Source: Octopus sinensis (Eukaryota). Taken from it: a stretch of DNA of 64,000 bases. The position numbers and the translations under genes are program-made. Below the pieces are notes generated by a model. It did no database searches. It was given only the letters and a program-made list of their open reading frames with translations, and was not told the origin of the DNA. Where the stretch lies: assembly GCF_006345805.1 (NCBI RefSeq), contig NC_043001.1, forward strand, positions 17,298,001 through 17,362,000. Direction: 5' to 3'. This document shows, piece by piece, positions 52,085-64,000 of this stretch; the first letter of the stretch is position 1, and every line of letters starts with the position of its first letter.

Positions 52085-52415
52085 AAAGTTAAGTTTGTAA
52101 AAGTTTTAATTTTCATCTCACTAAATTTATCCAGCTATTGTGTATCTAGTGCACTCTTCGCCTTGAATGTAATGATATATGTATAATATATGGCGTGTAC
52201 TGGTACAACCGGCGATTATAATTAATTTTATTGTATCGCATTTATCTTTGTTTTACATATTCTCTCGATAAATTTCTGACCGTTAGACGATATACCACAA
52301 TCCCCTATTTTGTCGGGTTTTTCTGAGTCTTGCGCAGTGTTTGATAGTTTTAGAAAGAGCATTTCGATAGACGCACATGGGTCTATTGATATGGTCCTCC
52401 CATCATTAACAGGAA

Positions 52416-52487
52416 TCTTACTGAAGAGCCAGCCTGAGTAAATAAATACTATTTTATTACTGAATTTGGCGAAACTGCGGTATAAGA
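52416..52487 (+). ncRNA. Type I hammerhead ribozyme, intact, unit 2
   Basis: Same core as unit 1. Predicted cleavage after A52482. Confidence 0.88.
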
Positions 52488-52707
52488 AAGTTAAGTTTGT
52501 AAAAGTTTTTAATTTCATCTCACTAAATTTATCCAGCTATTGTGTTACTAGTGCACTCTTTGCCTTGAATGTAATGATATATGTATAATATATGGCGTGT
52601 ACTGGTACACCCGGCGATTATAATTAATTTTATTGTATCGCATTTATCTTTGTTTAATATATATATAATATAACATATATATATATATACTCTATATATA
52701 TATATAA

Positions 52708-52739
<32 letters not shown>

Positions 52740-52752
52740 CATATATATATAC

Positions 52753-52783
<31 letters not shown>

Positions 52784-52840
52784 CATATATCTCTATCATA
52801 CCTATATATATATATATCTATAATATATACATATTATATA

Positions 52841-52901
<61 letters not shown>

Positions 52902-53164
52902 CTATATATACTATATATATCTACAATATGTATTACTTTCCAGTAAGATAAAGCCCCATAAGGGTAGAAATACATTTCAATACAGATGAGTGGTACAAGA
53001 ACACACCAATATTTACAGGAAAATAGTAATCGATACAAATACGACGTTATTGTATAGCTTCACTGCGTATATACTGGCAAAGACGTGTGTGTACAACAAA
53101 CATGAAAAATTTGTCTTACCTCTAGGAAGAACATTCGATAAATGGACAACCTAGAATCGGATAA

Positions 53165-53195
53165 CGCAGGACCGGTTTCTGGCTCTTCAAATACG
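53165..53195 (-). ncRNA. Degenerate minimal hammerhead
   Basis: CGTAT TTGAAGA GCCA GAAA CCGG TC CTGCG. Palindromic ACCGGT stem III and GUC triplet, but C3 is mutated and stem II is not formed. Confidence 0.4.
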
Positions 53196-53579
53196 TTTGT
53201 CAACATAAATTTGTACCTAGACAATATATCAAATGTTGTCACATCAATGCCAGTGCTTTATTTTACGGTGCTTTATTTTACTGCAAAGTAATACATTTGT
53301 ATTGCAATATTTTTTCATTGAAAACTTTTTCACTGTTCTCGTTCTGTTAACGGCTAGGCATTCAGGCGAGTACATTGGCATTGATGTGGCAACATTTGAA
53401 ATATTGCCTAGGTAAATGCAGATGATGAAGACTGATCAAATTTACGTTGACAAGCGTATTTGAAGAGTTACGGTGCCGTAAACACAACAACATCGTTGTC
53501 AAGTAATGGTGGGGGCGGGACAAACACAAACATGCAAACACACACAAATATATATAATAATATATATATATATATATTA

Positions 53580-53609
<30 letters not shown>

Positions 53610-53617
<8 letters not shown>

Positions 53618-53741
53618 CGACAAGCTTCTTTCAGTTTCCATTTACCAAATCCAGTCACAACGCTTTGCGGCCGAGGCTATAGTAGAACGGGCCCATGGTG
53701 GTTCGGAAGTATGCTTCTTACCACACAGCCACTCCTGCGCT

Positions 53742-53745
<4 letters not shown>
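53610..53745 (-). mobile_element. SINE family C head, internally deleted
   Basis: CTTCTTTCAGTTTCC...ACCACACAGCCACTCCTGCGC. Confidence 0.75.
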
Positions 53746-53791
<46 letters not shown>

Positions 53792-54162
53792 CATGCAAAT
53801 ATAGGTACAGGACGTCGCCAACGGTGCAAATAACATGAAATAATAACAAACAAGGGAAAAACTATTGAAATACGTATACAGCGAGAAATAAATGGAAAGC
53901 AGGACAAGTTAATACAGAGAAAGGACCCTTCATCAGTTGTCGGCTGTCTATTAAATCTTCGTATCGAGCATTCAACGACAATATAATAGAAAATGACAGG
54001 AGAAACATTTTTCTTTATAGAAGAGAGAGGGAAAAACACTTCTGCTCGTTTAAACGTCCGTGCAGGAAAAGAAAGATGGTCACACATTACTATCATCCAT
54101 TTTTCTTTTCCTCACGTGACCATCTTTCTTTTCCTGCACAGACGTTTAAATGAACGGACGTG

Positions 54163-54222
<60 letters not shown>

Positions 54223-54614
54223 ATCTTTTCTCTTTCCAAAGAAAATATTTCTCCCAGCGTTCACTATTTTCTTCTCATTCTAGTCTAATGATCCTCCATG
54301 TTTGCTTTCGTCCGGTTTCCTTGTATGTCTCCACTGTCATTTTTTTTGTTCCCACCTTTGTCCCTCCATAAATCCTAAATTTTATATAAGAATTTATGCG
54401 AGCAACTGTCTTTGAAGACTCATATTGTCGTTGAATGCTCGAAATGAGGAGTAGATAGACAGCCAACAAATGATTAAGGGTCCTTTCTCTGAATCAACTA
54501 GTCCTGTTTTCCTTTCTTTCTCGTTGTTTTACGTATTTCATCCGTTTGTTTTTTCCCTCATTTGTTTACGTATTTCATGTCATTTGCACCATTGGTGACG
54601 TCCTATACCCATAT

Positions 54615-54945
54615 GTGAGGGCGCGTGGCTTAGTGGTTAGGGCATTCGGATCATGATCGTAAGGTTGTGAGTTCGATTCCCGGCGACGCGTTGTGTCCTT
54701 GAGCAAGACACTTTATTTCACGTTGCTCCAGTCCACTCAGCTGGCAAAAATGAGTTGTACTTGTATTTCAAAGGGTCAGCCTTGTCACTCTCTGTGTCAC
54801 GCTGATTATCCCCGAGAACTACGTTAAGGGTACACGTGTCTGTGGAATGCTCAGCCATTTGCACGTTAATTTCACGAGCAAGCTGTTCCGTTGATCGTAT
54901 CAGCTGGGACCCTCGTCGTCGTAACCGGCGGAGTCTTTAAAAAAA
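54615..54945 (+). mobile_element. Complete SINE family A
   Basis: Near-identical to the reverse complement of 26165-26493. TSD ATACCCATAT at 54605-54614 and 54946-54955. Confidence 0.93.
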
Positions 54946-54959
54946 ATACCCATATACGC

Positions 54960-54994
<35 letters not shown>

Positions 54995-55095
54995 TAAAAA
55001 TGGTAAGACAACAAAAGAAAGAAAGAGACCACGATATTATGTAAATAGAGGGATTTATCTGTAAATGTAATATGTGACAATTATTCGGTAGCCAT

Positions 55096-55155
55096 GATAA
55101 AACTCCGAGTTTCGGATGCCGAGGTGGAAATCCACGCCGCCATCTCTCAGTTATC
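55096..55155 (-). ncRNA. Hammerhead family H1, 1-nt core deletion (element about 55005-55175)
   Basis: GATAA CTGA-GA GATG...CATC C GAAA CTC G GAG TT TTATC. Confidence 0.65.
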
Positions 55156-55219
55156 TGGCCCCCGAATAATTGCCACATATACATTTACAGATATATATAT
55201 ATATATATATAATATATAT

Positions 55220-55254
<35 letters not shown>

Positions 55255-56326
55255 TATAAATACAAAATGGGCCAAGAATGCAAAACATCGGATAATTTAT
55301 TATTATTATTTTATTATTATTATATTATTTTATTATTATTATTATTATTATTATATTATTATCATCATCATTATTATTATTATTATTATTATAATTAAGG
55401 TGGCTAGACAATTTATTTTCTATAATACTGACAGGTGAGAATTCAGCTTTGCTACTAGCAATGGGGTGAGCATTACTGATGAGTATTATTTTCTATACGA
55501 AATTAGCATGCTAATCTAATGCAACTCGCTTGCTGTGAGAGGGTGTCTCTCCTGTCAGTTCAAATAGAACATGTGCTTTATGTGGCTAAAGAGTCTAGGA
55601 GTTTTATTTATAAGTTTCTTTATTGGCCACACAGGGCTGCACACAGATGGGACAAGTTACAAGGTAGAGCTTTTCTTTTGGGGGATGAAAAAAACAAAAA
55701 ATAAAAGAAACAAAAAAAAGGGGTGGCGTAGGTTTTCGATCAAGAGGGATCGTAAAAGGGAAGAAAAGAACAAAAAAATTAAATTAAATAAAAAAAATTA
55801 AAAAATAAAAATAAAAAAAGAAGAAAAGGAAAAGGAACAAAAGAAAAGAGAAATGAAAAAAGAAGAAAAAAGGGGAAAAACGGGGAAGAGGAAAAAAAAC
55901 GATCAATAGGGATCGTGTATCACATTGTTATGATATATGGTGTAAAGAGGAAAGCAAGTAAGGTTTATCCGTGGGAAGAAAAGCCTACGAAAAAGACCAC
56001 GGTAACCTTGGTCAATATTGTTATATGTTACCACATTTGTTTGCAAGTGGGTAACCCTCTGTTTTCAATTTCTGGGTTCATAGGATTATGCTCAAGGTGG
56101 CTTCGTCATTCATACGTGCCATCCTTGCTACATTCACCCCGGTGAATTATTGGATTTTACTCATAAGGTATTGGAATCTTATATGTATACCATTCTTCCT
56201 AAAAAAAATGGATCTACAAATGCAATATTCCTACATATCTCACATCTATTTTCTTTTATTTCCTCCACCTCACTTTCTGTTTTATGTCTTATCTAAATTA
56301 ACTATTTCTTAACCATCCTCTCACAC

Positions 56327-56376
56327 CGTCTCCGATGAGGGGATATAATAAATATCCTGGAAACAGCTGTAAAACC
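56327..56376 (+). ncRNA. Degenerate hammerhead, CCGATGA-core family (element about 56150-56420)
   Basis: GTCT CCGATGA GGGGATAT aataa ATATCCT G GAAA CAGCTG TA AAAC. Confidence 0.55.
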
Positions 56377-56783
56377 TTCTATCAATAAATATTATAAAAT
56401 CTACACAGACTATTCTAAAATCTACACAGAAAAATAAAATTTTTATATACACACGTTGATATATGACCAACGTTGAATCCCTTATTCGCATAATCACCGA
56501 ACATGGAACTTAACCACGGTCTATCTATAGCGCTTATTCAGCATTACCTGACACATCTGGGTCTTAATGACACCATTACCTCTAATAAACTATATATATA
56601 TATAACACTTCTATGCCTCCTGAGATTCGCCAACACTACACCTAATTTTCTTCCCTCCATACACACGCAAGCATGTATCTGACTCATACACTGTTCACTT
56701 TCCAGACATTTTTACATTACTGCATATGCATTATACGCACTTTTAACAAGTTGTGGTGCACCTGAGTGCTGTATAAAATAATT

Positions 56784-56836
<53 letters not shown>

Positions 56837-56860
56837 GTTATTATTATTATTATTATTATT

Positions 56861-57566
56861 CAGTAGTTTTATTTTTATAGCGAGCTTTCACTTCACTACC
56901 GAGCGCAGCTCTGTGTGCCTTGGGTATGTGCTGTGATTTGTTGTGATGCTCTGATGGTTATTGTATGGAAAGTGTTCTGCGTAGGATGTGTGCAGTGCCT
57001 AGTAGTGCAATTTTCTGTATGTTATATGTGTTTGTAAGTCCTGGTGTTTTTGTTTTGTATTTGTCTGAATATATTTTTATCATGTCTAATGCACCTACTA
57101 TGATAAGAATTGTTTCTGTTTTTAGATTCCACATTCTGGTTAATTCTTTTGAAAGTTTCTCCATTTCTCTTAGAAACACGTTGTCATCTGCCGGTATTGA
57201 TTCATCAATTAGAAAGAATTTTTTTCTTCATGATCTCTGACAACTATATCTGGTCTGTTGGCCTTAATTTATCTATCTGTGTGTATCGGCATATCCCAGA
57301 GTATGGTTGCTTTCTCGTTTTCTGTGACCTTTTCTGGTGTGTGCCTATACCATCTTTTTTCTGTTGTTATTCCATAATGTTGGCATAGCTTCCAGTGTAT
57401 GTAGGTTCCAACTCTGTCATGTCTGTGAATATATTCCTTCTTAGCCAGGACTGGGCAGCCAGAGATAATATGATTTATTGTTTCTTGTCCATCTCCATAT
57501 ATTCTGCAGTTACTTGTTATATTTCTTTTCATTACATGTTTTTGGTAATTTCTGGTGCGGAGGCTT
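56861..57566 (-). mobile_element. 5'-truncated R4/Dong-like non-LTR element in (TAA)n
   Basis: CCHC-like CRIYG..QETINHIISGC, RHD.V, ILWD, KANRPDIV...LID.SIP, LLGTAHILRR, then a 3' UTR. (ATT)n on both sides. Confidence 0.92.
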
Positions 57567-57587
57567 TATTATTATTATTATTATTAT

Positions 57588-57666
<79 letters not shown>

Positions 57667-57683
57667 TATACATATATCTACAT

Positions 57684-57714
<31 letters not shown>

Positions 57715-57724
57715 CATATATATT

Positions 57725-57880
57725 CTTTTACCTGTTTCATTCAGTTGACTGTGGCCAAGCTGAAGTACCACCTCTTAGTCGAGGAAATAGAACCCCAGGA
57801 CTTAGTCTCTGTAAGCCTGCTACTTATTCTTTCGATTTCTTTTGCCGATGTAAACACACCAACATCGGTTGCCAAGTGAT
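57725..57880 (-). mobile_element. SINE family C tail fragment
   Basis: TTCTTTTACCTGTTTCATTCAGTTGACTGTGGCC...ACACCAACATCGGTTGCCAAG. Confidence 0.7.
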
Positions 57881-57890
57881 GGACACCCCA

Positions 57891-57930
<40 letters not shown>

Positions 57931-58126
57931 AATATTACATTATATAATTAGGGCTTAGTAAAATAAATTACTTTGCCACATACTGAACTTAGTAGAAATA
58001 GCAGCCAAAAAATTTTTTTAGCCATTTCTACTACTTAAAGAAAATTTCTCTCAGATAATGTTTACTCAAGACAGCTCACGAAGGTTTGGAGGTAAATACA
58101 AAAAAATATCACAAGTACATAGATCG

Positions 58127-58189
58127 TTTGAGTACGTCAACGTTTCAAGATTAGCCAAATAAAATCAGCATTTCTATCGTCAGCTCAAA
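58127..58189 (-). ncRNA. Type I hammerhead ribozyme, intact catalytic nucleotides
   Basis: TTTGAG CTGACGA TAGA...TCTT GAAA CGT TG ACG TA CTCAAA. 6-bp stem I, GUA triplet, U-U at the base of stem II. Confidence 0.72.
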
Positions 58190-58347
58190 ATTTCTTAATT
58201 TGGATTTGGAAACACTAAAAAGAAGGAACTTTACCTATCGGCGAACTTGTCGCTTCAGATGAACCAGCTCCTACTGCCAGTGCCAACAAATTCAAAATCG
58301 CAGGCGTAAATTTCTGATATATATATATATATATTATATATATATAT

Positions 58348-58380
<33 letters not shown>

Positions 58381-58568
58381 CATATATATATACATATATA
58401 TATATATACATATATACATATATATATATACATATATATATACATATATATATACATATATATATATATAATATATATATATATATACATATATATATAC
58501 ATATATACATATATATATACATATATATATAATATACATATATACACGCGCATACACACACACACACT

Positions 58569-58606
<38 letters not shown>

Positions 58607-58632
58607 CATATATATATTATATATATATATAT

Positions 58633-58671
<39 letters not shown>

Positions 58672-58966
58672 CATAATGTTTAATAGGGGTCGATTGCCAT
58701 TTTAAGAATGTGTAGCAAGATATATAATAATCTTTAAAAATTCCTTCACGTGTCTGATGGAAATTTTCGGGAATGTGTTATAGTTGTTATAATCGTCTTT
58801 TACAAATTATTTTATGGAGAAAGCAAAAGAATCTACGAAAACAAATATTGAATCAGGTTTGTTTAGACAATCAGTAAATTGTGAATTGCTTAATTGGAGA
58901 AAAATTTGGATCAACACGTTTTGTTTGTAACAAGTAATTCGCAAAGATAATATTTATTTCTTCATT

Positions 58967-59898
58967 AAGGCAGCGAGCTGGCAGAACCGTTTGCAGGCCG
59001 GGCGAAATGCTGAGCGGTATTTCGTCTGCTGCTGCGTTCTGAGTTCAAATTCCGCCGAGGTCGACTTTGCCTTTCATCCTTCCGGGGTGGATAAATTAAG
59101 TACCAGTTACGCACTGGGGTTGACGTAATCGACTTAATTCCTTTGTCTGTCCTTGTTTGTCCCCTCTGTGTTTAGCCCCTTGTGGGTAGTAAAGAAATAG
59201 GTATTTCATCTGCCGTTACGTTCTGAGTTCAAATTCCGCCGAGGTCGACTTTGCCTTTCATCCTTTCGGGGTCGATTAAATAAGTAGCAGTTACGCACTG
59301 GGGTCGATATAATCGACTGGCCCCCTCCCTCCAAAATTTCGGGCCTTGTGCTTAGTGTAAAAAAGAATATTCATTTCTTTATTGCCCACATGGAGCTAAA
59401 CACCGAGGGAACAATCAAAGCTGGACAAAGGGATTAAGTCGATTACGAATTTGAACTCAGAACGTAGTGGCAGACGAAATACCTATTTCTTTACTACCCA
59501 CAAGGGGCTAAACACAGAGAGGACAAACAAGGACAGACAAATGGATTAAGGCGATTATATTGACCCCACTGCGTAACTGGTACTTATTTAATCGACTCCG
59601 AAAGGATGAAAGGCAAAGTCGACCTCAGAGGAATTTGAACTCAGAACGTAGTGGCAGACGAAATACCTCTTTCTTTACTACCCACAGGGGCTAAACACAG
59701 AGAGGACAAACAAGGACAGACAAATGGATTAAGGCGATTATATTGACCCCACTGCGTAACTGGTACTTATTTAGTCGACTCCGAAAGGATGAAAGGCAAA
59801 GTCGACCTCAGAGGAATTTGAACTCAGAACGTAGCGACAGACGAAATACCGCTCAGCATTTCGTCCGGCGATCTAACGTTTCTGCCAGCTCACTGCCT
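58967..59898. mobile_element. Tail-to-tail pair of SINE family D multimers (plus 58967-59365, minus 59384-59898)
   Basis: Heads at both outer ends; 184-bp units (59482, 59666). Confidence 0.88.
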
Positions 59899-60489
59899 TA
59901 CGATAGCAAATATTGAAAGAGGTTTGTTTATACAATCAGTAAATTGTGAATTGTTTAATTGGAAGGAATTTAGGATTAACACTTTCTGTTTGTAACAAGT
60001 AATTCGTGAAGATTGTATTGATGAATTAATAACAATGCTGATGGATCTTTTTCAGAAAAAGGCAAACAAACGATGCGTTGATACTTATGGGTATTTATTG
60101 TTTTACAATTAACTGAAATATAACAAAGATACTGAAGTACATGAACGTATTTGGGGAGGAATGCGTTTAAGCAATTATTAATGGGAATGTTTTTAAAAAG
60201 ACAGTTGGAAAATGGTTTATAAATAACATTGTGCGTTATAAGCAATTAAAAAAATTCAGTTAAAGTCAACGTTTTGAAAGGAGACAATAGAACGATAACA
60301 TCTTTTATATATTAGAGCGTACCTCAATAATAAGTAAAGAGTAATTTATATCAAGAAAATAATAATAAATAAATTAAATCTGGGAAAGGAAAATAAACAT
60401 TTTCTGTGGGATTTTTTACTTCCTACGTCACCGATGAATGATAATTCGTCTCAGGCTTGTGTTGAGATGTTTTGAGAGCTACATATAAG

Positions 60490-60554
<65 letters not shown>

Positions 60555-60676
60555 CGCGTGTATGTGGGTGGGTGTATGGGTGTGTGCGGCGAGGAGGGGC
60601 ACTGGTTTCTTCAGTAAAACTACTCCTATAATTAGATTCCACAAAGTTCATTATTGTAAACAATAGCTTATATGAA

Positions 60677-60987
60677 CTTTTTTTTGTCACCCTTTTCAAG
60701 CCTAGCCAGTCTCATGGGCCCGGTTTCCCGGTTTCTCTGGCGTATGTGTTCCCCCAGTTGGACCGAACGCTAGTCCATCACAGCGTTACTCAAGAAACAG
60801 GAAGAGAGAGTGAGAGAAAGTTGTGGCGAAAGAGTACAACAGGGGTCGCAACCACCCCCTGCCGGAGCCTCGTGGATCTTTTAGGTGTTTTCGATCAATA
60901 AACTCACACAACGCCCGGTCTGTGAATCGAAACCGCGATCCTCCGACCGCGAGTCTGCTGCCCGAACCACTGGGCCATTGCGCCTCC
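60677..60987 (-). mobile_element. Complete SINE family B (same subtype as 6290, without the insert)
   Basis: TSD AGCTTATATGAA at 60665-60676 and 60988-60999. Confidence 0.92.
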
Positions 60988-61019
60988 AGCTTATATGAAT
61001 ACGTTGATGAAAATACCGT

Positions 61020-61460
61020 TAATATTGGTTTCAAATCATGGCACAAAGCCAGCAGTTTAGTGAGAAGGGATAGATCGAATAAATTGATTATATCAACTTA
61101 ATCGGTTCTTATTTTATTGACACCGAAAATATGAAAGGTAAAGTCGACCTCGGCATCATTTGAAGCAACAACATAAAGACGGGCGAAATGCCGCTAAGCA
61201 TTTCGCCCGGCGTGCTAACAATTCTGCCAGCACACTGCCTTTTTGCAGTATTTGAGGTGGTGAGATGGCAGAAACGTTAGCACGCCGGGCGAAATGCTTA
61301 GCCGTATTTCGTCTGCCGTTTCGTTCTAAGTTCAAACTGATTCGGTCGGCCTGAGGCTATAGTAGAAAACCATTGCCCAAGGTGCCATGCAGTGGGACTG
61401 AACCTGAAACCATGTGGTTGGTAAGCAAGCTACTTACCACACAGCCGCTCCTGCGCCTCG
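61020..61460. mobile_element. Cluster of SINE fragments (D minus, D plus head, C minus head)
   Basis: Family motifs as described above. Confidence 0.75.
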
Positions 61461-61915
61461 AGAAATCGGCAGCAGATAAAACACAGTAAACTATTTTGTT
61501 AGAATTTCGCGTTAGACAATTCTCAATTAGCCGCCGCTAGTTTTGAGATTTCGGAGATTACAACTCAACATGGAAAGCCACTCAATGATGGGAAGTACAT
61601 TACTATCTCATATGCTTCTTTCCTTTTTAATACTTTCCCGAAAAGAAGTTTCGGGTGGAGGCCGAGGTGGATGAAAAAAGTATTTAACATTAGGGATTTG
61701 TCAGTGAACAGAATTACAGTAAGACATGAAAGCTAATATAACAGAGCGGTTAACAAACAATAAAGGTTTATGTAATTTTTGGTGATTTGTTTAGATGGAA
61801 ACATTTATGTTACATAGTTCGCTTGCTTGATTATTATTGCTCTGTTCTTTAGCGATGGAGAAGTACATACGGAACTGGTTAACTTGGTTATATTTAGCTT
61901 ATATATATATATATA

Positions 61916-62091
61916 GGCGCAGGAGTAGCTGTGTGGTAACTAGCGTATTTACCAACCACATGATTCCGGGTTCAGTCCCACTGCGTGGCACCTTGGGCAA
62001 GCGTCTCCTACTATAGCCTCGGGTCGACCGAAGCCTTGTGAGTGGATTTGGTCGACGGAAACTGAAAGAAGCCCGTCGTATATATGTATAT

Positions 62092-62165
<74 letters not shown>

Positions 62166-62320
62166 GTATATATATATATATAAGAGGGGGAAACGCCTAT
62201 TACATTGACCCCAATGCGTAACTGGTACTTATTATATAAACACCAAAAGGATGAAAGGCAAAGCTAGTCTCGGCGAATTTTGAACTCAGAACGAAATGAT
62301 GGATGAAATACCACTAAGCA
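61916..62320. mobile_element. SINE C head (plus) and SINE D fragment (minus)
   Basis: AGGCGCAGGAGTAGCTGTGTGG...GAAGCCCGTCG, then (TA)n, then a D fragment. Confidence 0.8.
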
Positions 62321-62439
62321 GAGTTTTAAATTATTTATCATTGTTACCTCAGAATTATCGCAGATTTAATAAGCATCTGTTCTGTACATTCCTTTATGTG
62401 TAATGAAAGCAAATACTACAAAAAAGTCTTATTTCGTAT

Positions 62440-62485
<46 letters not shown>

Positions 62486-62533
62486 GTGTTTGTGTGTATG
62501 TGTATGTATATATATATATATATACATATATAT

Positions 62534-62642
62534 AGGCGCAGGAGTGGCTGTCTGGTAAGTAGCTTGCTTACGAACCACATGGTTCCGGGTTCATTTCCAC
62601 TGCATGGCACCTTGTGAGTGAAAGAAGCCTGTCGTATATATG

Positions 62643-62713
<71 letters not shown>

Positions 62714-62925
62714 TTGTGTGTCTGTGTTTGTAACCCCCCAACATCACTTGACAACCGATGCTGGCTGTGTTTACGTCACCGTAACTTAGCGGTTCGGCAA
62801 AAGTGACCGATAGAATAACTACTAGGCTTACAAAGAATAAGTCCTGGGGTCGATTTGCTCGACAAGAGGCTGTGCTCCAGCATGGCTGCAGTCAAATGAC
62901 TGAAATAAGTAAAAGAGTAAAGGAG
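62534..62925 (+). mobile_element. SINE family C with internal deletion
   Basis: Head, central (TG)n and tail. Confidence 0.88.
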
Positions 62926-62956
<31 letters not shown>

Positions 62957-62957
<1 letters not shown>

Positions 62958-63425
62958 GCAGTCGCCCATGCATACCAGACTCTCCTCTCCACGCCACCAG
63001 TGTTATCCAAGGGAAAGACAAAGGTCGATACAGCTTGGCACCAGTGACGTCGCAACTCATTTCTACAGCTGAGTGAACTGGAGCAACGTGAAATAAAGTG
63101 CCTTGCTCGAGACCACAACACGCAGCCCGGTCCGGGATTCGGTTGTGAGCTCGAATCCCGGACCGGGCTGCGTGTTGTGTTCTCGAGCAAGGCACTTTAT
63201 TTCATGTTGCTCCAGTTCACTCAGCTGTAGAAATGAGTTGCGACGTCACTGGTGCCAAACTGTATCGACCTTTGTCTTTCCCTTGGATAACACTGGTGGC
63301 GTGGAGAGGGGAGGCTGGTATGCATGGGCGACTGCTGGCCTTCCATAAACAACCTTGCCCGGACTTGTGTCTAGGAGGGTAACTTTCTAGGTGCAATCCC
63401 ATGGTCATTCATGACCGAAGGGGTC

Positions 63426-63428
<3 letters not shown>
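62957..63428 (+). mobile_element. SINE family E, 5'-truncated, with a 185-bp inverted duplication at its 5' end
   Basis: 62957-63141 pairs with 63152-63336. The plus copy continues to ...GACCGAAGGGGTCTTC. Confidence 0.9.
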
Positions 63429-63486
<58 letters not shown>

Positions 63487-63716
63487 TGTATGGCAGAAGG
63501 CGTTGCCAAAGTGCAACAGTGCTCTATTAATAACTCACAGAAATGGCCAAATTAGAAAATACTAGCACAGAGTGAAACTCCACCCATACACGCCCGCGAA
63601 AACTATTTCAGAAAATACAAGGATTGGCTAATTAGAGTCACTTCCTACTGGTTTCTCTTACGACATGATATTCCTCAAAGACAATGGCAGAACAACTCGT
63701 ACATAAAAGCTATATA

Positions 63717-64000
63717 CAGGGTAAATCCCTATTTTAGAATGCTTATAATTTATTTATTAACTATAATTTTTTTTCTCAAATTTGTTGTGTATGTTCTTTA
63801 ATGTATGGGAATTGATTCGATGTTCTTTTTTTCAGATTGATTATTTCGTTTGAAATTTATAAGCCCTACAAACATGGCTGGATGTTTTACTGTGCAGGAG
63901 CGTGCCCAGCTAGCTGCACATTACGAAGTTTAGAGATCAGTTGTTCAAGTGCAAAGATGGTGGAGGACCATTAGAGGAAGACATGCTCAAGTTGATGCAA
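63717..64000 (+). mobile_element. Tc1/mariner-superfamily left end with a disrupted DUF4817-like HTH ORF (runs off the window)
   Basis: TA|CAGGGT start. ATG at 63874 gives MAGCFTVQERAQLAAHYEV*RSVVQVQRWWRTIRGRHAQVDA, with an in-frame TAG at 63931. Confidence 0.7.

Larger units (their letters stand above)
51815..52655 (+). mobile_element. Retrozyme-like tandem array, 402-404-bp units (2 units plus 35 bp)
   Basis: Unit starts at 51815, 52219 and 52621. One intact HHR per full unit; flanked by (TA)n. Confidence 0.88.

Noticed and set aside
52228-52518. 96-aa ORF antisense to the retrozyme-like unit
   Set aside because: It is not maintained in the first unit because of indels and has no known motif; likely incidental.

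Overview
This is eukaryotic, AT-rich, repeat-dominated DNA, probably intronic or intergenic. I infer a coleoid cephalopod, probably Octopus, from the SINE families and microsatellite load. I found no recognisable host protein-coding exon, rRNA, bona fide tRNA gene or CRISPR array. Most listed ORFs are microsatellite translations. Recognisable content: decayed LINEs (CR1/L2-like RT, RTE 3' end, two R4/Dong-like RLE ends), DNA transposon fossils (hAT Buster/Charlie-like, mariner, a DUF4817-type Tc1/mariner start, a pogo/Tigger-like MITE, Helitron-type non-autonomous elements) and at least five tRNA-derived SINE families. The main unexplained signal is a dense, diverse set of self-cleaving ribozyme motifs. 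About 8 unrelated families of minimal type I hammerhead ribozymes (HHR) occur, six copies with an intact catalytic core. They include a 403-404 bp tandem array with one intact HHR per monomer (retrozyme-like) and a tRNA-headed SINE carrying an HHR. There is also a ~325 bp non-coding, TSD-bounded RTE-tailed element whose 5' end coincides with an HDV-like ribozyme fold. All RNA folds were done by eye and need computational and biochemical confirmation.
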